Origin: Hypanus sabinus
Taxonomy: Eukaryota
Direction of reading: 5' to 3'
DNA: 64,000 nt
Assembly (NCBI RefSeq): GCF_030144855.1
Contig: NC_082731.1
Location: forward strand, 23,064,001-23,128,000
Made by a program: the position numbers and the translations under genes. Shown one piece after another: positions 50,200 to 64,000 of the stretch. Numbering within the stretch: the stretch's first letter is position 1; each line of letters starts with the position of its first letter. Below the pieces are notes generated by a model. That model did no database searches. It was given only the letters and a program-made list of their open reading frames with translations, and was not told where the DNA came from.

Positions 50200-51080
50200 T
50201 CTTAAATAACCTGTTTAACTTGTTAAGAGTGGCACATTGTTTAAAATTCTTCTACAACTGTTCCATACATTCAACCCTTCTTTGAAATACAATGATTTTT
50301 TTGTAACATCTCTTCTTACCCTCTTGTTTTGACAAATACACATTCCTCTGAAATCATGACGAATTTCTTTCAATTTTCACAATCTTTGGATACTTTGATG
50401 CAATTGACCTTTTTTTACTTTATACATAATTTGTATTATTCTAATATCTACGAAATCTCCAATTTTTAACTTGTTTATTTGAATAAATTGTGGATTTTGT
50501 GCCTCATAATAACTTGTCTTATGTACAGTTCGTATGAATTGATTTTGGAGTAGAAAATTGAGTTTGTATTTACTTTTAATGTATCTTGCCATACGTCTGC
50601 ACAGTAAGTCATGAACGGGACTAAGGGAACAAAATATAGATTTCGGCCCAAACTTCGCACTATAAGGTACGAGGCCTAAAGCAGTTCATAATACTCCAAA
50701 TGAGGCTTCAGCAATGCTTTATAAATTCTAAACATATCCTGTTTTTATATACTAGATCTATTGAAATGAATTTTAATATCGCACTTGACTTCCTCAACGC
50801 AGAATCAACCTACATATTAAACTGCGAGAAACGTGCATAACAATCCCTATTTTCTTTGTCTAACTATTTGAATTTTTTTGTCTATCCATTTAGTAAATAG
50901 TCAACATTTTAACTTCCTTTACGAATCCCCACCTTGTATACCATTTCCCCTTTTTTGTCCTTTCTACTAACCTGGCTAATTCCATCCGTAGCCTATCTAC
51001 GTTCTCAAACTCTCTTGTCACTCTATCCAGCTTCGTATCCAGTAAAGACAATAATTCCATCATCCCAGTGATTAACAATT
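50200..51080 (-). mobile_element. L2/Crack-like LINE 3' fragment
   Basis: FLLQNQFIRTVHKTSYY...PQFIQINKLKIGDFV...IMYKVK resembles the LQKRAIRII...PLF..L.ILK..D...MYK C-terminal motif. Confidence 0.55.
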
Positions 51081-51314
51081 AACGTTCTAAACATCACTCC
51101 CCTGTGTAACACCACCAGTCACTATCGGTCAACCAGAAAAGGCTCCCGTTACTTTGATTCTTTGCGTCATTTCAGTCAGACACTGATCCTTGTCAAAATC
51201 TGCGCAGTAATACCAAGACCCCGCAGCGGTTAAACAACCTTAGGTGTGACGGCTTCTCACGGGCGTTCTGAAAAACCCAAATATACCAAATCAACCGATT
51301 GTCAAAAGACAATA

Positions 51315-54095
51315 GACCAAAGGTGCAGGAGTAGACCAATCGGCACTTCTAGCCAGCACCGCCGTTCACTGTGATCATGGCTGGTCGTACACAATCAGTA
51401 CCCCGATCCTGCCCTCTACCCGTATCCCTTGACCCCGCTAGCGATAAGAGAACTATCTAACTATCTCTGAATGCAAACAGAGACTAAGCCTCCACAGCCT
51501 TCTGGGGCAGAGCATTCCACATATCCTCCACTCCCCGGGTGAATTTTTTTCCGCATCTCAGTTCTAAATGGCCCACCCCTTATTCTTAAACTGTGGCTTC
51601 TAGTTCTGGACTAGAGGGAACATGTTTTCTGCCTCCAGCGTGACCAATCCCTTAATAATCTTATGTCTCAATCAGATCCCCTCTCATCCTTCTAAATTCC
51701 AGTGCTTACAAGCCCAGTCGCTCCAATCTTTCAACATATGACACTCCCGCTATTCCGGGAATTAACCTTGTGAACCTACGCTGCTCTCCCTCAATAGCAA
51801 GAATGCCTTTCCTCTCATTCCTGTTTGCTACATCTTCGAAGGATTCCAACAGATTTGCCAGACAAGATTTCTCCATGACGAATCAACGACTGCCAGAGTT
51901 GTTTTTTTTTTGTTGTAATTTAGTCATTTGCCTCCAAGTACCCCCAATCTACTTACTACTCAATCAAATCCACCATCTTCATAATCACTGAAGTCAGACT
52001 AACAGGCGTATTATTTCCATTGCTCTGCCTCTCTCCCAGTTCTGAAGTGGAGTGGCATTTTCAATGTTGTTGTATTCCAGAAACAGTACAGAATGCACAA
52101 ATACATCAAAGTTCATGAATAATCACTTCTCAATCAATTCACCACCAATTTCAGAACTCAGGGGCGTAATCTGTTTGATCAAGATAACTTTATTTTCCCT
52201 TCAGAACTTCCTGTTTCCCAAAACCAATCTTCAGAGCAATGGTAAATTCAGACAATTCATCACCGCTGAAAGAGAAATGGAACCATACTGCTAAACTTAT
52301 GCAATGTAGTATTTTTCAATAAGCGCACCATTTCCTTGTACCCCATCATTTTCTGCAGCAAATTTCCCAGCTCTGCGGCATTCACTCTCGCCTCTCAAAT
52401 CCTTGTGAATGATCTTTTCCAATCAGTTCTGTCTAACACCTTCTCACTTCTCTCATGCCTCTCTAATTCCACTGAAATAATGATACATCTGACTTTCGTA
52501 TCATCCTCTCAAAATTCACGGTAATTGCGAACACTGGTCCCAAATGCTTCTTTCACAAAACACACTCCAAGCAGTTCTGTACAGTACCCCAACATTAAAC
52601 ACAGAAAGGACGTTCCCCTAATAGGCCCAACCAAAAGGCTCTCCAATAGGAGACGAGTTGCCATAGTCTAATGGAACAAAGCCAAATCCTCTCCCGTCCT
52701 GCCTGACTTTTCGAATCAATGCGTTTTCTTGGAAATTAAGCCTGCAACATCGTACATATCGATATTTGCTACAAGTTACATATTCTGTGCACTGCTCGCA
52801 TTCCCAAAAGCATTTTCAGTCCCTTCCAAATATATTCCATTTATACATTGTGTAATAACCTATTCATTGCAAGTTTGCCTTATTATGAGTCTCTACGTGT
52901 TTGGGGGCTCAAGATATCTTCCCTTCGTTTGCAAACTTTCTACCGCATTTTCATCTCTATTACTCATGTGCACACAGCCCTGCTAAGTTAGTTTAACGAA
53001 TCAGAACACCTCTGACCACGATGATGACAAGGGAAATGGATTCCCTTGGAATCAGATGCATCCTAGCCATTTCTATATATCATACCTTTGTCAGAGGAAT
53101 CCCAATGATGCATAAGTCTTAACAACTCTCTCTCTTTCACCAGTTCTTGCGCAACGCATTCACCTGTGAAATAATGCAATTTTCATACCATAGATTTCTT
53201 GTTTCTCGGATTTATACCTGGATCCTAACGTTCTTTCTTCAGGGCCTCCTCAAATTGTACATCTATTTACTTGTTGGAAATATGTAACCAGATATCCAGC
53301 CCATTTACCTTCAGCAAATCATGGACACAACCGTCAGATTTCTGATCCTGGCACGGCGGTGGTNNNNNNNNNNNNNNNNNNNNNNNNNNNNNNNNNNNNN
53401 NNNNNNNNNNNNNNNNNNNNNNNNNNNNNNNNNNNNNNNNNNNNNNNNNNNNNNNNNNNNNNNNNNNNNNNNNNNNNNNNNNNNNNNNNNNNNNNNNNNN
53501 NNNNNNNNNNNNNNNNATTGTTCCTCGGAATAAGCAGTCTCCTAGCAACTATGTATTCCTCTTCATTTCGCTGCTCTAGCAAGCAACAGCAACATAATCA
53601 GTGTTGGAATTTTATCAAAATAGCCTTTCCCTGGTATGTCTTCTCCAACAGAGTTATCACGGACGGTAAGGGCCATATATGCACTTGGGACTGGCTGTGT
53701 ATTTCCCCACCCTCTCCTGATAGTTACCGGTTAATTTTAACCCTGGAACCAAGGTGTTATTATCTCTCTGTAGTTCCTGCCGAATACCTCCTCATATCAC
53801 CATATGACACATCAAGCTGAAGCTCGAGTTCCTTAATAGGCTCTAAAGTCGTTGCAATTCAGGGACTTGGTGCAGATGTGTGTATCTGTGGCACAGCCGG
53901 CTGTCAGACGTCACACATCCCAGACAGCGTTGAGGTCACTGCACCTGGAGTCATTCTCTCTAATACTTCATACACTAGTGGACGTGGAATGAACAGGTGC
54001 CATCAGGGAGTACCTTAAGAGACAATTTATCATATTCAAATCTAATCTCGCCTCAGCAATTTCGATCGCCGTGCTGTTTAAAAAGTCTCTCTACA
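51315..54095 (-). mobile_element. Internally deleted CR1 LINE, duplicate of 25430-27960 (N gap 53364-53516 inside)
   Basis: Colinear with copy 1 and retains the 3' tail at about 51315-51460. Confidence 0.8.
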
Positions 54096-54339
54096 CAGGC
54101 ATTCTTGTCAAGGAATGACGGCAATATATTTGCTGGTATTTGCATCAATACCCTGCAGCCGTGCCGGTGTCTGAGGAAACATTCAAAGATGTTCTGGAAT
54201 TACTGCAAAGCTATACGTCGCTCTTTTTTACAGACCAAAAATGTATGATGGAGCTAGCACAAAATTCTGACAAGATGAACACCCTGCTACGTGAGCCGTT
54301 ACAATTTTGTTCTTATTCGAACCTAGAAACTTTCTTCAG

Positions 54340-54650
54340 AATGGTCAGTTATTATCAATCGAGTTTTATTCGCTGCCCCTCAATATTTTGTAAATAACTA
54401 CTAGCCCTAGAATTCACCAGGTGCATCTGTCGAATTTTAGATTGAGTTTACTTTTTTTTAATACGATGGATTCATGATTGAAATTATTGCCTGGATAATA
54501 TGCAAGCAAAATATATTCACGGCGACTCAGTAGATGTCACAATAGTAGATCAATTGGCAGATACTGTGCAAGTGTAGAGAAGGAAAATGTGACGCTTCGG
54601 CTGCATTAAGGTGTTGTTCTTTCCACTCTGTCTGAAGGCAACAATTCTTT
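54340..54650 (+). pseudogene. Decayed short V exon with NAR-V-like words, copy 2
   Basis: Paralog of 28202-28510: acceptor 54339, SPGASVEF, W 54492, GRYCASVEK, VTLRLH. Confidence 0.35.
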
Positions 54651-55114
54651 TGAATGCATTTCGACTGAGTTGCATTTGGTGCTACCAGGTATGGGTGGCA
54701 TAGCTGGTCGTAGGAGGTCGTATTCCACTCGTATGCTCTTCATTGATTCGCGTTAGCAGCTCCACAGCAGCACTTGCAGAAACTGAAGATAACTTATATT
54801 TGTACGGCCAGCAGGGCGGAGTTTACATATCTGTGAAGGTTACGTTTTTCTATTGCACGTTGTAAGTATTCAATAACAGTCTCCAACGATTGAGAAACCG
54901 TTATTGCATACATTTTAACAATTATTCCTTGGTGCTCTGCTCCGTCCTGTTGGAATTACTTGAGGGTAGGAGTTTAATAAAATGGCTTTAACTGGGTTTC
55001 TATAGTGTTCAGGAAAACATTCTGATACGACACTCTGAAGATAAATTCACAAAACTGGATAGGAATAGAGAGGAAAAGAGAGAAGGAGTTTCTGTGTTAT
55101 TACGGTGAAGACCG

Positions 55115-58100
55115 CCATATACAGCGGCCTTCGTCCGAGTGGACTGAGGCAGAGTGGGGTTGGCTCAATCAGGATTCGGCGAGAACAGGCAGAGGCGAGG
55201 TTTGAACGGGGCACAACTGCGCAAGCGCGTGAAAGTCAGCCTCTGAGATCAGCGGGGGATTTTAAAAAGCGAGCAGTGGCTTAGACCTAGCTTCACTACA
55301 GGTGTGGTAAGCCCGGGTAACCCCCTTTAAATATTCTAATTAGCCGGAGTGGTAACGGAGTCAGCATTTAGGTCAGTTGAGTGCTTCATTTGCAGTATGT
55401 GAGAAGTCAGGGCGAGCACAGCTGTCCGCGATGACGACACCACAAAAAGTTGCATCCAGCTGTATCGTATGACAAAGCGTGTTAGGGAACTGCAGCTGGA
55501 GCTGGATGAACTTCGGATCATTCGGGAGTAAGAGGTAGAAATAGATAGCAGTTTCAGGGAGATAGTCACCGCTAGGAGTCGGGAGACAGGCATGTAGGTA
55601 ACTGTCAGGAGAGGGAAGGGGAATATTCAGGAAGAGCAGAGCACCCCTGTGGACTTTCCCATTGACAATAAGTGTACCGTTTTGGATACTGTTGGTGGGG
55701 ACAACCTAATAGGGACAAATTGTAGTTGTTGTGTCTCTGGCACTGAGACTGGATCCTTAGCTCAGAAGGGAAGGAGGGAAAAGATGTGTACAGTAGTGAT
55801 AGGGGATTCGGTAGTTAGGGGGACACATAGGAGATTATGTTGATAGATCGAGCATCCCGAATGGTCTATTACAGGCATGGGCAAACTACGGCCTGTTATG
55901 TTTTTTAATCCGGCCCGCTGAACTTGCTGAAATTATATTAATAAACCTTGTTAACGTTTTTTCCCCGCAATTCTGGCGTTTTCCCAATAGATGACGCACT
56001 CTATATACATTGACCTTTGTTGAGGTGCAGCGTATTACTCCACGTTTGCGCTTTGCTATTTGTTCGGCTCGACCTATTTGTGTGAACAGGCGTTCAGCGT
56101 CATGAACATCAACAAAGCCAGCCTCAGATCCAAGTTAACTGACCAACACCTCAGATCCATCCTGAGAATCGCCACAACAAAACAAAATCCAGACTTTGAT
56201 GCACTGGCTAAAAAGGGAGAGCAACAAAACTGTTCCCACTGAAATTAAAAATATGTTTCTTCGTTGTGTTATGTAAAAAAATGCATTTGAAAATATTTTT
56301 TCAATAGGCCTTACATGTTACATTTTAAGTGACGGACATGAGTAGTGCGCAGGTGCACGTACGTTCTCAAAATAAAAAGTGCGCTCCAGATCAAATAACG
56401 CGCTGTGCATACTGGCGCACTGTCACTGTTCTGTCCTTGTGCTGGTCGTTGTTGAGTTTTGGCACAGGGGACAATTGAATAAGAAGAGCAGGACAAGTAG
56501 ACCTGCATCTCCTACTATTTTTGAAATAAAGACAGTCAGGAGGAGAGTGATGATGATAATATCTTGAAGGATAACAGAATTTTCAGTGCTTTAAAATAAT
56601 AACTGTTACTATTAAAAAAGCTGTATTTTTTCATTTAATTTTCAGTGTTTTAAAAGTCATTTCGATAAATAGCTAAGTTCTATGGGACTTCAAAGACAGA
56701 TATTTTGTTTTATCGTATTTGTTCATTTTTAATTGAAATGTTTTCTACATATCCCATGATATTTTATTTTCTCTTATGAGGTGTATTACCAAAACTCTCC
56801 GTCCATCTGCTCCTGGTCCGGCCCCCTTTTCAAATTTTAGAACACTTTGTGGCCCACAATTCAAAAAGTTTCCCCACCCCTGGTCTATTACCTCACTGGT
56901 GCCAGGGTCTGCGATATCACGGATCGACTTCTCAGAATTCTCAAGAGCGAGGGCAAGCAGCCGGATGTGGTTGTCCATGTAGGGATCGATGACGTGTTTA
57001 GGAAGAGTGTGGGATCCTGAAAGGTGAGTTTAGGGAGCTAGGTGCCAAGTTAAAGGACAGGACCTCCAGGATAGCAATCTCAGGATTGCTACCAGTGCCA
57101 TGTGCTAGTGAGTTTAGAAATAGTAAGATAGTGCAGATCAACAAGTGGCTGAAAACATGGTTCTGGAGGGCGGGCTTCAGATTTGTAGATAATTGGTCAG
57201 TTTTCCAGGAATGGTTGGACCTGTTCCGACGGGACGGATTACATTCGGAACTGAAGGAGGACAAATATTCTTGAAGGTAGAGAGGCTCCAGTGGAAGGTA
57301 GAGAGGCTCCAGTGGATATGAGGGGGAAGGGAACCAGAGTGTAGGAACAGAGCTATAGGAGAAAAAAAAAACAGTAAATAACTTTGGACTGTTAGAGAAA
57401 AACAGAGAAGAAGAGGTGGAAAATTTCTAAAGTGCATTTATTTTAATGCTAGGATCAACGTAAGAAAGGTGGATGAGTTTACAGCATGGGTTGATAACTG
57501 GAAATATGTTTAGTGGCTATTACTTTAACTTGGTTGCAGAAAAGGTTTGATTGCCAACTAAGTATTCCTGTATTCTGTTGCTTCTGATCTGATAGAATGG
57601 GGGGGACAAGAGGGGAAAGTGTTCCGTTGCTTGTCTGAGAAAATATTACAGCGATTCACTGACAGGATCGAATAGAGGTCTCATCTACGGAGACTGTTTG
57701 GGTGGATTTGAGGAATTGGAAAAGTGTAGTAACACTTATTGAGGTGTAGATTAGATCACATAATGGGGAGCGAGAATTGGAAGAACAAATTTGCAAGGAG
57801 ATAGTTGATATTTGTCGTTAGCACACGGTTGTGATTGTGGGAGATTTGGATTTTCTACACATAGAATGGCAAGCCCATGCTGTAAAAGGAATTTATGGTT
57901 TGGAGTATGTAAATTCTGTGCAGGACTGTTTTTGAGGCAATATATAGAGGAACAAACTAGAGAACGGGCAGTGTTGGATCTTCTGTTAGGGATTGAAATA
58001 GGTCAGGTTACGTACGTATGTATTGGGGAGCACGTCAGATCGAGTTATAACAAGGCCATTAGTTTCAATATAATTTTTGAAGGATAGGACTGGAACCAGG

Positions 58101-60295
58101 GTTGAGATTTTTAATTGGAGAAAGACTAACATTGAGGAGATGTGAAAGGATTTTGTAGAGTGGATTGACAAAATTTGTCTAATGGCAAGGATGTAATAGA
58201 TAAATGGCGGTAATTTAAAGGTGAACTTTTGCAGGTACAGAATCTTTATGTTCATGTTAGTTTGAAAGGAGAGGTTAAAAGTTGGAGAGATCCATGGTTT
58301 TCAAGGGATATTGGAAACTTGGTTAGGAAAAAGTGAGCTATCTACAATTTATATAGGCAGCATGGAGTAAATTATGGTGCACGAGGAATATAAATAACGT
58401 AAGAAGAATCTTAAAAAGAAATTAGAAAAGCTAAAAGAAGATATGAGTTTGCTTTGGCAAGTAAAGTGAAAATAAATCCGAAGGGTTTCTACAGTTATAT
58501 AAATAGCAAAAGGATAATGGGGGATAAAATATGTTCCTTCGAGAACCGGAGTCGACATCCATGTGTGGAACCGAAAGAGCAGGATGAAATTTTGCACCAT
58601 TTATTTTCTTCGGTATTCAATAAGGAGAACGATATTGAACTTTTTGTAAAGTAAGGAAAACAAGTAGGGAAGTTATGGAAACACTGCCGAATAAACAGGA
58701 GGATGTACTGGCGTTTTTAAGGAATATAAAATTGGACAAATCTCCGGTTTCTGACAGGATATTCCCTTGGATCTCGAGGGCAGTTAGTGTAGAAATAGCA
58801 GGGGCTCTGACAGAAATATTTCAAATGTAATTAGAAACGGCTTGATGCTAGAGGATTGGCGTATTGCTCTTGTGGCTCCATTGTTTCAAAGTTTCTAAGA
58901 GTAAACCTAGCAATTATAGGCCAGTCAGTTTGACGTCAGTGGTGTGTAGATTAATGGAAAGTATACTGACAGATAGTACAGATAATTACATGGATAGACA
59001 TGGTATGACTAGAAACACATGGATTTATGCGTGGAAGTTCATATTTGACAAATCTTATTGAATTTCTGAAGAGGTTACGAAGAAAGTTGACGAGGGTAAA
59101 GCACTGGATGCTGTCTATCTGGACTTATGTAAGGCCTTTGACAAGGTTTCGCTCGGAATGATAGTTAGGAAGGTTCAATCGTTAGGTATTAATATTGAAG
59201 TAGTAAAATTCATTCAACAGTGGCTGGATTGGCTATGCCAAAGTGTAGTGGTAGATAACTGTTTGTCAGGTTGGAGGCCATTGACTAGTGGTCTACCTCA
59301 AGGATCTGTACAGTGTCCAATGTTGTTTGTCATATATATTATTGATCTGGATGATAGGGTCTTAAATTTGATTCGTAAATCTGCAGATGATACTAAGGTA
59401 GGTGGCGTTGTGGATAAAGAAGTAGGTTTTAAAAGATTGCGGAGAGATTTCGGTCAGATAGAAGAGTGGATTGACCGATGGCGAATGGGAGTTTAATGCT
59501 GATAAGGTTGCGATCCTACACTTCGGTAGGAATACTTCAAATAGGACATACATGACAAATGGTAGGACATTGAAGAAGGCAGTAGAACAGAGTGATCTAG
59601 TAATAATGGTGCATATTCTCTGAAAGTTGAATCTGATGTGGATATTGTGGTGAAGAAAGCTTTTTGTATGTTGGCCTTTATAAATCAGATCATTGAGTAT
59701 AGGAGTTGGTATGTAATGTTAAAATTGTACAATCCGTTGGTAAGGCCAAATTTGGAGAATTGTGTATCGAATTATCGGAAAGATGTCGACAAAATAGAGA
59801 AAGGACAGAGGAGATTTACTATAATGCTACGTGGGTTTCACCGTTTAATTTACAGGGGATTATTGAACAAGTTAGGTTTTTATTCTTTGGTGCGTAGAAG
59901 ATTGAGTGGGGACTTGATACAGGTACTTAAAATTATGAGGTGGTTAGATACTGTAGACGCGAATAGGCTTTTCCCATTGAGAGTAGGCGAGATTCAAAGA
60001 AGAGGATATGAGCTGAGATTTAGGTGGCAAATGTTCAAGGGTAACACGATAGGGAATATCTTAACTGAGAGAGTGGTAGTTGTGTGCAACGAGCTTCCGG
60101 TAGAAGTGGTAATAGTAGGTTCTGTATTGTCATTTCAATTAAAATTGGATAGGTATATTGACAGGAAAGGAATGGAGAGGTATGGGCTGAGTGCGGGCCA
60201 GTGGGACTTGGTGAGATTAAGCTTTCGCCACGGACTAGAAGGGCCGAGATGGCCTGTTTCCATGCCGTCATTGTTATATGGCTATATGATTATCA
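55115..60295 (+). mobile_element. Near-full-length decayed CR1 LINE, copy 2 (interrupted by hAT element)
   Basis: Colinear with 28985-33120; RT NYRPVSLTSVV, SGLPQGSV, SADDTK. Confidence 0.95.
55872..56882 (+). mobile_element. Non-autonomous hAT (Charlie-like) DNA transposon, 1011 bp
   Basis: TIRs CAGGCATGGGCAAACT / AAGTTTCCCCACCCCTG; 8-bp TSD GTCTATTA; transposase C-terminal remnant FGSTYLCEQAFSVMNINK...RSKLTD.HL at 56057-56242; empty site at about 29740. Confidence 0.95.
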
Positions 60296-60784
60296 GACCA
60301 AATCGGTCATATTCCTGACCGATTTCACCTATCAATCTGCCCGGACTCCCGTTTCATTAATCTCATCCTCCTGTGAACACAGGGCGATAGCACGTATATG
60401 GAGCCCATATTGTTGCAGAAGAAATTGGTCACTGCAAGTGTTGTAGAGTCACGTCTCTTGAGTCCTTCATTCTGTCCAAAATGACACTCACGGGGAAGTT
60501 TGGAAATGTTAACAATTGCTTGGAACTAAGAACTTCCATTCAATGTATCGTGATAAAGCTAAAGACAGAGTGGGAATGGGCTGGTGAGACAGGTGTCCAG
60601 GAAGATTTTGGGAATGTGGAGCGAGAAAACTGATCATCGTTTTCACGGTCGTAATACTATTCCTGTGCCCAAAATATCTGCCAATCCATTTTCTATGCAA
60701 GCATATATATCTAGTGTGTCGTCTTCTTGAAAGATCCAGAAAATAATTGAAGAAAATCCAGAAGTGAATTCCGCAGAAGGCTGA

Positions 60785-63700
60785 AAAGCAGGTCCTCCAT
60801 GGTGGTTATCTCAGGGTTGCATCTATTTCCCCGTGCTGGTAAGAGCAGGAACACGGAGATATGGGATGCTTTTTGTGGCTGAGTAGCTGGTGTGAAAAGC
60901 ATAGTTTTAGATTCTTAGATCACTGAGTTCTGCTTTGGGATAAGGACGAATTGTACAAAGGGGAGGGAATGTACCTTAACAGGCGGGGGACCAGCAATCT
61001 TGCAGGCAGGTCTGCCACTGCTACACGTGTGTGTTTAATCTAATAAGTTGGGGGGAGGTGGTGTCGTCGAACTGGAAATGTAAGGGTGGATTTAAAGGGA
61101 AAAAGGGAATAAGAAAAAGTTAAGAAAGACAACAGAATTAAGGGTGCAGAAAGTTCTGTAGGTTTCGGAGTTTATGGCCAAGTGCAATAGGCATTGATGT
61201 GAGTAGCGAGGGGACTAACTGATTAAAAGTATTATATATGAATGCACGAAGCATGTGAAATAATGTGGATGAGCTTGAGGCTCAGTTCCAAATTGGCAAG
61301 TATGATGTTGTAGAAATAACAAACAGATGCTTACAGAACGACCGGGGTGGAAAATAAATTGTCAAGGTTATAGGACCTATCGAATGGACGGACAGATAGG
61401 CAGAAGGAGTGGGGGTGCCTCTTTTAGTAAGGAACGAAATTCAGTCCCTTGCGCGGTGTGAAATAGAATCAGGAGGTGTAGAGTCAGTATGGATAGAACT
61501 GAGAAATTGTGAGGACAATAAGACCACAAAAGAAGTTATCTACAGGCCTCCAAATAATAGCCTGTATATCTAGTGCAAGCTGAATCAAGGACTAAAATTA
61601 GCATGTCGCATGGCCAATGTTGCGTTTGTAATGGGGGATTTCAACATGCAGGTACACTGGGAAAATCAAGTTGGTACTGGACACCAAGAAAGGAAGTTTG
61701 TGGCTTGCCTCCAAGATGGATTCTTGGAACAGCTTGAACTGAAGCCTACTAGGGAGAAGGCAATTCTGGATTTAGTGTTGTGTAATGACCGAATTTGGTA
61801 AGGGTACTCGAGGTAAAGGAATCATTAGGAGATTGAGACCTTAATATAATAAGTTTTAATCTACAATTTGAGAGAAAGAAGGGAAAATTGGAAGTGTCAG
61901 TATTACATTTGAACAAAGGGGACTTTGGAGCCATGAAGGAGGAAATAGCCACAGTGGACTTGAAGGATACCCTAGCTGATGGACAGTCAAATAACAATGG
62001 CTTATATTCCTGGTAATAATACAGAAGGTGAAAAATCAGTTCATTTCAATGAGGTTAAAAAATTCTAATGGGATTCGGGGGCGACCATAGCTGATAAGGG
62101 AAGTCAAGGGCAGGATAAAATAAAGGAGACATGTAACACAGCAAAGATTAGCGGGAAGCCAGAGGGTTGGGTAACTTTTAAAGAACAACAGAAAATAACT
62201 ATAAAGGCAATACGGGGAAAAAAGCTAAGTCACGAAGGTATGCTAGCCATGAATATAAAGGAGGATAGTAAAAGCTTCTTTATGCATGTAAAGGAAAGAA
62301 ATATAGTTATGACCAAAGTTGGGCCCTTAAAGGTAGAAACGAGGTGAATTTATTACGGGGACCAAGGAAATGACAGATAATTTGAACAGGTACTTTGAAT
62401 CTGTCTTCACTAGTGAAGACACAGACAATCTCCCAGTGGCCAGACGACCTAGGACAACAAAGTAACAGAAGGAAATTGAGAAAATAGTGCTGGGTAGATT
62501 GATGAGACTGAGAACTGGACAATCCGTAGGGGCTGATGGCCTGCATTCCAGGGTACATAAGGAGATGTCTCTAGAGTTCGTGGACGCATTAGTTATCAAT
62601 TTCCAATATTCCATAGATTCAGGATCAGTTCCTGAGGATTGCGGTGTAGCTAATGGTATCTCACTTCTTAAGAAAGTTAGGTGGGAGAGAAAAAACATAG
62701 AAATATGGACCAGTTAGCCTGACATCGGAAAAATACTGAATTCAATTATAAAATATGAAATAGTAGCACTTTTGTTTAGCAGTAACAGTAACAGGAACAG
62801 TCGGCATTTTTTTTCTGAAGGGGAAATCATGCTTGACTAATCTTCTGGAATATATTGAGGATTTAACTATGAAAATAGAGAAGGGAGAGCCACTGGATGT
62901 AGCGAACCAGGACTTTCAGAAATCCTTTGAGATGGTTCCACATAAGTGATTAATAGGAAAAAATAGAGCACGTGGTATTTGAGTAGAAAATTGGCTGACA
63001 CGAAACAGTGTGTAGGGATTAACGGGTTAGAATGGCGGCTACTGACTAGTGCGGTAGGGGAAGTCTCGGTGCTGGTACCGCAGCTATTTGAGATAGATTT
63101 TAATAATACTGAGGTAGGGATTAAAAGTAACAGCAGCAAATTTGTAGATTGCACTGGGTTGGTTGGCAGTGTGAAATTTGAGGAAGATGATATCAGAATG
63201 TAGGTTGACTTAGACAGTTTCTGAGAGTGGACTTATGCATAGCCGATGCAATATAATATGGATAAATGTGAGGTTATCTACTTTGGTGGCGAGAACAGGC
63301 AGACAGATTACTAACTGAATGGTGTCAAGTTAGGATAGAGGGAAGTGCAACGAGATCGAGGTGTCTTTGTTCATCAGACACTGAAAGTAAACATGCAGGT
63401 ACAGATGGCAGTGAAGAAAGCTAATTGTATGTTGGCCTTCATAACAAGAAGAGTTGAGTATAGGAACAAGGAGGTCGTTCAGCAGATGTACAGGGCCTTG
63501 GTGAGACCAAACCTAGTGTAATCTGTTCCGCTTTGGTCTTGAAATTAGAGTAAAGGCATTCTTGCGTTTGAGGGAGCGCTGAGTATGTTCACGAGTTTGA
63601 TTCCCGGGATGGCGTGTATGTCAAATGCTGAATGACTGTAGCGATTGTGCTTGTATACACAGGAATTTAGAAGGATGAGAGGAGATCTGAATGAAACACA

Positions 63701-64000
63701 TAAGATTATTAAGGGATTGGTCACGCTAGAGGCAGGAAACATGATCCTGATGTGGGATTGTCCAGAATCAATGGCTACAATTTAACAATAAGGGGTAAGC
63801 CATTAAGAACTGAGCTCAGGAAAACCTTTTTCAGTCAGAGCGTTATAGATCTATGGAACGCTCTGCCTCAGAATGCGGTGGAGGTCAATTACATAATGCT
63901 TTCAAATAAGCGGTAGATAGACCTCTTAAAGATAGCGGAGTCAAGGGATGTGTGGAGAAAGCCGGAACGAGTTCCTGATTGTGGACGCTCAGCAATGATC
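60785..64000 (+). mobile_element. 5'-truncated CR1 LINE, duplicate of 33600-35304
   Basis: ORF1 end, APE, RT and 3' tail running to the window edge. Confidence 0.9.

Larger units (their letters stand above)
45340..64000 (+). repeat. Segmental duplicate of about 20650-35300 (same orientation)
   Basis: Same order of L1, V relic, RTE, CR1(-), V relic, CR1(+), spacer, CR1(+); roughly 85-93% identical by eye. Confidence 0.95.

Noticed and set aside
38081-53582. ORFs containing long X runs
   Set aside because: Artefacts of translating through the N gaps (38085-38244, 46000-46236, 53364-53516).

Overview
Vertebrate genomic DNA, most likely a cartilaginous fish (shark or ray), inferred from the CR1/L1/RTE/Gypsy repeat families and the V-gene type. 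About three quarters is decayed transposable elements: several CR1 LINEs, L1, RTE, a full-length chromodomain Gypsy element with 5-bp TSD, two solo LTRs and a hAT non-autonomous element with 8-bp TSD. The non-repeat sequence belongs to a T-cell receptor alpha/delta V region. One near-intact V gene is present: leader 42605-42650, V exon 42752-43058, canonical 23-RSS, but conserved Trp41 is replaced by Leu. There is also an orphan paralogous promoter and leader at about 38640-38893 and several heavily decayed V-set relics on both strands. The region is built from tandem and segmental duplications (about 20650-35300 vs about 45340-64000; about 36440-38893 vs about 40310-42640). Removing the TE insertions by eye leaves a repeated cassette: short (CDR2-less-like) V relic, D-like relic, J-like relic, leaderless V-like exon. 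This resembles the doubly rearranging NAR-TCR architecture. That reading is a manual reconstruction through frameshifts and needs alignment or HMM confirmation. Three N gaps are present. TE boundaries are approximate unless a TSD is given.
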